Shown here: positions 61,701 through 64,000 of the stretch, piece by piece
Layout: each line of letters begins with the position of its first letter
Numbering within the stretch: the stretch's first letter is position 1
Assembly: GCA_903813345.2 (NCBI GenBank)
Contig: CAIIXF020000001.1
Location: 14,012,001-14,076,000 of the forward strand
Length of the DNA stretch: 64,000 nt
Source of the DNA: Owenia fusiformis
Lineage: Eukaryota
Direction: 5' to 3'
Position numbers and translations under genes: made by a program
Notes under the pieces: generated by a model
What the model was told of the DNA's origin: nothing
What the model saw: only the letters and a program-made list of their open reading frames with translations
The model's database searches: none

Positions 61701-63267
61701 TATTGTTGTTTTCTGTGGTACATGGCTTCCATATTATATAGCTACCACATACATAGATGATGAGGAATGTATGGTTTCTTGGAAAAAGAATGTATTGTAC
61801 AGTACGTCAACCCTTGCCCATATAAGCTCTGTAATAAACCCATGGATTTATACATACAGGCATGCTGTCTATAGGAAACAGCTCAGAAAATATGTACGTA
61901 ACATAAGGCAGATCAAATGTTTCACAACACAAGACTCATAATTGAAATATAGCTGCACTCCACAGACCAATCAAATTGCATATTTTGACATCTGTTTTTC
62001 TACGCACATAAAAATTAAAAAGGATCTCTGATGAAGAGAGAGGCATGACTGAGCAATGTGAAATATGAGTAATCACATAACAAGAATTCTGAAAATTGCT
62101 TTGAAAGCTTCAAAAATACCTGCTAGTGCTATGTTATCATAATAATAATATAAACCCACATGTGTTAAAGTTGAATCAAACAAAAAAGAGTCAGCTTCAC
62201 TAATGTCAGGCAAGGACAAATGAGGTGGATACCTGCTCTCATGTTTCTCATCTAAAGTTTTATAATGAGAAAAATAATATCTACTTATTAAAAACACCTG
62301 ATCTCATTTTCAGATAATTCATAACTATTTTCTCTGAAAACAATCAACGGGGATTGTTAATTTTCTTTTGTAAAGTAGTAACAGCCATATATGAAAGCAA
62401 AGGGTAAAGCATGAGAAAACATCATGATAATAAAGAAGGAGTGAAGAGAAGGGAGCATAAAGACTAATAATGATTCAGAATTGTTGTGTAATAAAAATTA
62501 TGAAAATCATCAAAATATCTTAATTTTAGTTATTCATTAAAGAGAGAATCAGATATAGCGAGCATCCAAGCAAAAAATTGTGTCAATTTTAGAATATTTC
62601 TGGCTTGTGTCATTCCTTTTCATGTCTATTTTCTAAATATTCACAAAGTACACACTTTATTTCAGGAAAACTCAAGATTTTTACAATAATGTATTATTTT
62701 TCTATAAGAATGGTTACCATTCTTATTATTTGGGAGAATTTAACATTGTTCACCCATTTTTGCTCTTTTTGCTCTTTTAATCCTTCATAACTTCACCAAT
62801 ATATAATATATGGAAGATCTTTTGGGAGATTTTGTATTTGAGATTGTAAGGAATAGATTGGTAGGTCAATTGTACATGTTGCTTGTCACCCCCATAGATC
62901 TGATTCTAACAGCACTCATGGCATTAAGACTAAACAGTTTGTCTTCTCTTTAGACACAAATATTTCTCTCTTCTTGATTTCATTATTATTTGCCATTTGT
63001 CAGGACTTTAATATTATTTCATAAATTCATATTTGATTTTAAAATGATTTTAAAATGTTTTTGCTATGAATATGATCGTTTTTAACTTTTCACAATCTTC
63101 CCTATAGGCCTAATAATTTTCATATAATCTTACTCAAAATGCCTTTCAGAATCTTGCTCTAGCTGCCACAATGTATATCTAAAGATGACAAACAGGCAGA
63201 GCTCTATGTCTGTCTGTAAGATTTTACTCACCTGTATGATGCATCATCCACAATCATCAGACACTCA
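34720..63267 (-). CDS. MSH5: MutS homolog 5, 3' part (19 coding exons; 5' end lies beyond the window end)
   Basis: Phase-consistent GT-AG exons: 63232-63267, 52635-52766, 50935-51073, 49976-50038, 49131-49259, 48218-48290, 44463-44572, 44083-44163, 43165-43210, 42077-42118, 39549-39645, 38851-38940, 38279-38405, 37665-37814, 37213-37287, 36666-36809, 35589-35726, 35177-35250, 34720-34819 (stop). Motifs: [53 protein letters not shown]. Confidence 0.95.
36320..36601. mobile_element. piggyBac-like MITE, copy 2
   Basis: Reverse-complement homolog of 1417-1709. Ends TCAAGAGG|TTAA; the left TSD is degenerate (TCAA). Confidence 0.7.
37936..38135. mobile_element. hAT-like MITE related to 31606-31766
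   Basis: CAGGCCCGTAGCC...GTCTACAGGTCTG with a shared internal sequence. Confidence 0.6.
39747..42045. mobile_element. Tc1/mariner-like MITE (TA TSD) interrupted by a Helentron-type element
   Basis: TA|CAGGGTGATCAT...ATGATCACCCTG|TA with ~70-bp imperfect TIRs. Confidence 0.75.
39896..41722 (+). mobile_element. Helentron-type non-autonomous element with ~162-bp tandem core, family B
   Basis: Subterminal inverted repeat ATGTCCCCACC (39921-39931) / GGTGGGGACAT (41708-41718), (GACA/GACG)n microsatellite at about 41620-41672, terminal hairpin. Confidence 0.8.
42752..42980 (-). mobile_element. Solo-LTR-like element containing a tRNA-like sequence (Helenus-type TRIM candidate)
   Basis: TGTAAC...GTTACA termini, ATAC TSD at 42748-42751 and 42981-42984. 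Internal tRNA-like unit 42848-42920 with A box TAGCCCAGT and B box GGTTCGATTCC. Confidence 0.75.
44607..44722 (+). mobile_element. Minimal Helentron-type element, family C
   Basis: Homologous to 22793-22916 and to the ends of 51444-52337. Confidence 0.7.
45024..47508. mobile_element. Non-autonomous DNA transposon with CAC..GTG ends, ~65-bp TIRs and subterminal repeats
   Basis: CACCGGTAGTATCCAAAGCCCCGC...GCGGGGCTTTGGATACTACCCGTG flanked by ATAT. Internal CCCGCTGAAAACATGAGG repeats at about 45460-45520, inverted at about 47050-47100. Confidence 0.75.
46005..46765. repeat. Degenerate tetranucleotide microsatellite (ACGA/ACGC/ACGG)n
   Basis: Runs of cgaa/cgca/cgga that produce overlapping low-complexity ORFs. 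Confidence 0.85.
50506..50689. mobile_element. Tc1/pogo-like MITE
   Basis: TA|CTGTAAAACCTG...CAGGTTTTTCTG|TA with internal GTGAACAC repeats. Confidence 0.5.
51444..52337 (+). mobile_element. Helentron-type non-autonomous element with irregular tandem core, family C
   Basis: Subterminal inverted repeat ATGTCACCACC (51466-51476) / GGTGGTGACAT (52323-52333), (CCAATCACCAACCG)n near the end, repeated gaacttgtagatgattttg units. Confidence 0.75.
53479..53644 (+). mobile_element. Second, internally deleted copy of the tRNA-containing LTR-like element
   Basis: TGTAAGGACCCTTGATAGCAAGTTGCTAC...GGTTCGATTCCCAC...GAATTTAGCACACTTTCTTTCAATTTCTTTATCTGGCTTGTTA...TTACA. The A-box half is missing and the TSD is not clear. 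Confidence 0.7.
54364..54560. mobile_element. hAT-like MITE with 6-bp TSD
   Basis: CAGGCCTGTCAACT...AGTTGACAGGCCTG flanked by ATGATA at 54358-54363 and 54561-54566. Internal GAACACCT repeats. Confidence 0.7.
55068..55921 (+). mobile_element. Diverged Helentron-type element, family A
   Basis: Ends resemble 20041-21429 (gcaatgccaaa..atctcatcgaacag / gttcaatgggata). Confidence 0.65.
56377..57444 (+). CDS. Intronless rhodopsin-class (class A) GPCR, copy 1, 355 aa
   Basis: Seven hydrophobic segments; N in TM1, LTIAD in TM2, SLERF in TM3, CGTWVP in TM6, NPWIY in TM7; N-terminal N-glycosylation sites. Confidence 0.92.
   Translation: MNSASASNCVNSTIITYMDMCNNTNITGDKEEEIKCLGVAPIHPSVLIIYIIVNIVFHLTATFSNGLFLLVMCKKKMKLSPTGILVMNLTIADLFNGLILVPMMMYTRYFVPLYDQWGILYDKEETQRALCFVPLLLGTITYVVSFTLLAAISLERFVGMMLYKSLDKKRAKIKAIFGGIIIWIYVSVLLIALFPKSFKYEQNLGCHLTLSVSSSLRDILKPHLVIPLILCIIFYTAIFFTIKKHRRTVNIETHNNPVNNMTHIHEARWVMTIFLVIVVFCGTWVPYYIATAYIDHEECMVSWKKNVLYSTSTLAHISSVINPWIYTYRHAVYRKQVRKYVQKIRQFKCCTTQDS
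58310..58627 (+). repeat. Local ~100-bp direct duplication
   Basis: tagctgtctaagatagcatggctatt...gtggaatacattattttttgtt at about 58310-58408 and 58522-58627. Confidence 0.8.
58699..59895 (+). mobile_element. LINE reverse-transcriptase fragment split by a later insertion
   Basis: [11 protein letters not shown]...[13 protein letters not shown]...[20 protein letters not shown] before 59030, resuming [21 protein letters not shown] after 59828. Confidence 0.8.
59031..59826. mobile_element. Non-autonomous TAG..CTA DNA transposon (Academ-like termini) inserted in the LINE RT
   Basis: TAGAGAATTT..TTATAAGTT..AAAAACTTATA is mirrored at about 59773-59826. Its left end resembles the reverse complement of 29205-29347. 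Confidence 0.65.
60844..61941 (+). CDS. Intronless rhodopsin-class (class A) GPCR, copy 2, 365 aa
   Basis: Close paralog of 56377-57444 with the same motifs (SLERF, CGTWLP, NPWIY) and a different N-terminus. Confidence 0.92.
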   Translation: MKNTDMKGAPTDVIWNTSICVNSTITNMNLCNNTNITGDKEDEIKCLGVAPIHPSVLIIYIIVNIVLHITTTFSNGLFLLVMCKKKMKLSPTGILVMNLTIADLFTGLIPLPIMMYIRYFVPLYDQWGILHDKEETQRALCFVSLLLGIITYVVSFCLLAAISLERFVGMMLYKSLDKKRAKIKAIFGGIIIWIYVSVLLIALFPKSFKYQQNLGCHLSLSLSPSLREILKSHLVIPLILCVIFYTAIFFTIKKHRRTVNIETHNNPVNNMTHIHEARWVMTIFLVIVVFCGTWLPYYIATTYIDDEECMVSWKKNVLYSTSTLAHISSVINPWIYTYRHAVYRKQLRKYVRNIRQIKCFTTQDS

Positions 63268-64000
63268 CTGAAACAACAAATAAAATCTTTTAAATTGACC
63301 CTTTCCATATAAATGGAAAAATAGATGGTATCATGGGTACTGGTAGGGCTAAATAACATGGCAACTTAATAGCAAGAGTCACTTAATTTCTTGATTTAAC
63401 TCCATTTAATTCCATTTGGATCAACTTAAAACACCATTGACACGCGTGATTGATATGATATTATTGAAATGTGGATTGTGATTTCACATTAAAATTGTGA
63501 TCCTTATAAGAGTAAATGAACTTTTAAAGGTTTTTCAACATTGTGTCAATGGGGATTTAGCCCAACCATTTTTAGAAAACTTGAATTTGAATGAAGGTAA
63601 ATAACAGTGCAAATCAAAGTTTTTTTGATAGAAAATTACACACAGAATTCAAATATGTCATCAAATGGAAGAAATTGTTAGTCTTCAGTGGTTAAAATTG
63701 CAGATCTCCTAAAATCTTATTAAAACGAGACTTTAACATGATTTCAAAGCTATATGAAAAAGCCTCTATTGAAAATGTGTGCTCAATTTTAATTGAATTG
63801 AATCCATCTATGTTGGCAAATATGATTCATTTAGGAGCACAACTATGTGATAATGGAGATCCTTTGGGGAGATTTTTTCAGATTACCCAGCTTAATTATT
63901 AATTGAGAGACTTCAACTTCACATCTTTACATCTTAGTTCTAACTTATCAGTCATTGCGAATGTTATAAGATGGAAATACTGATTATGATATGTACTTAT

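Overview
AT-rich eukaryotic DNA with spliceosomal introns, probably from a marine invertebrate (inferred from gene and repeat content; the species cannot be determined from the sequence). Genes: the 5' part of TUBGCP5 (minus, 12 exons, continues off the left edge); a MACIR/C5orf30-like gene with one coding exon (plus); a complete RPS8 (minus, 6 exons) hosting two SNORD46/U46-like C/D snoRNAs; an LSM10-like gene with a C-terminal extension (plus); the 3' part of MSH5 (minus, 19 exons, continues off the right edge); and two tandem intronless class-A GPCRs nested antisense in a 10.5-kb MSH5 intron. Mobile DNA: an intact, very young Mag-type Gypsy element (identical 180-bp LTRs, 5-bp TSD); a solo-LTR-like element with an embedded tRNA-like Pol III unit; a 2.65-kb GG..CC element with an 8-bp TSD, inverted tandem arrays and an MSL2-like CXC ORF; several Helentron-type non-autonomous elements; MITEs; and LINE fragments, often nested. 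All coordinates were read by eye, and family names rest on remembered homology, not database searches.
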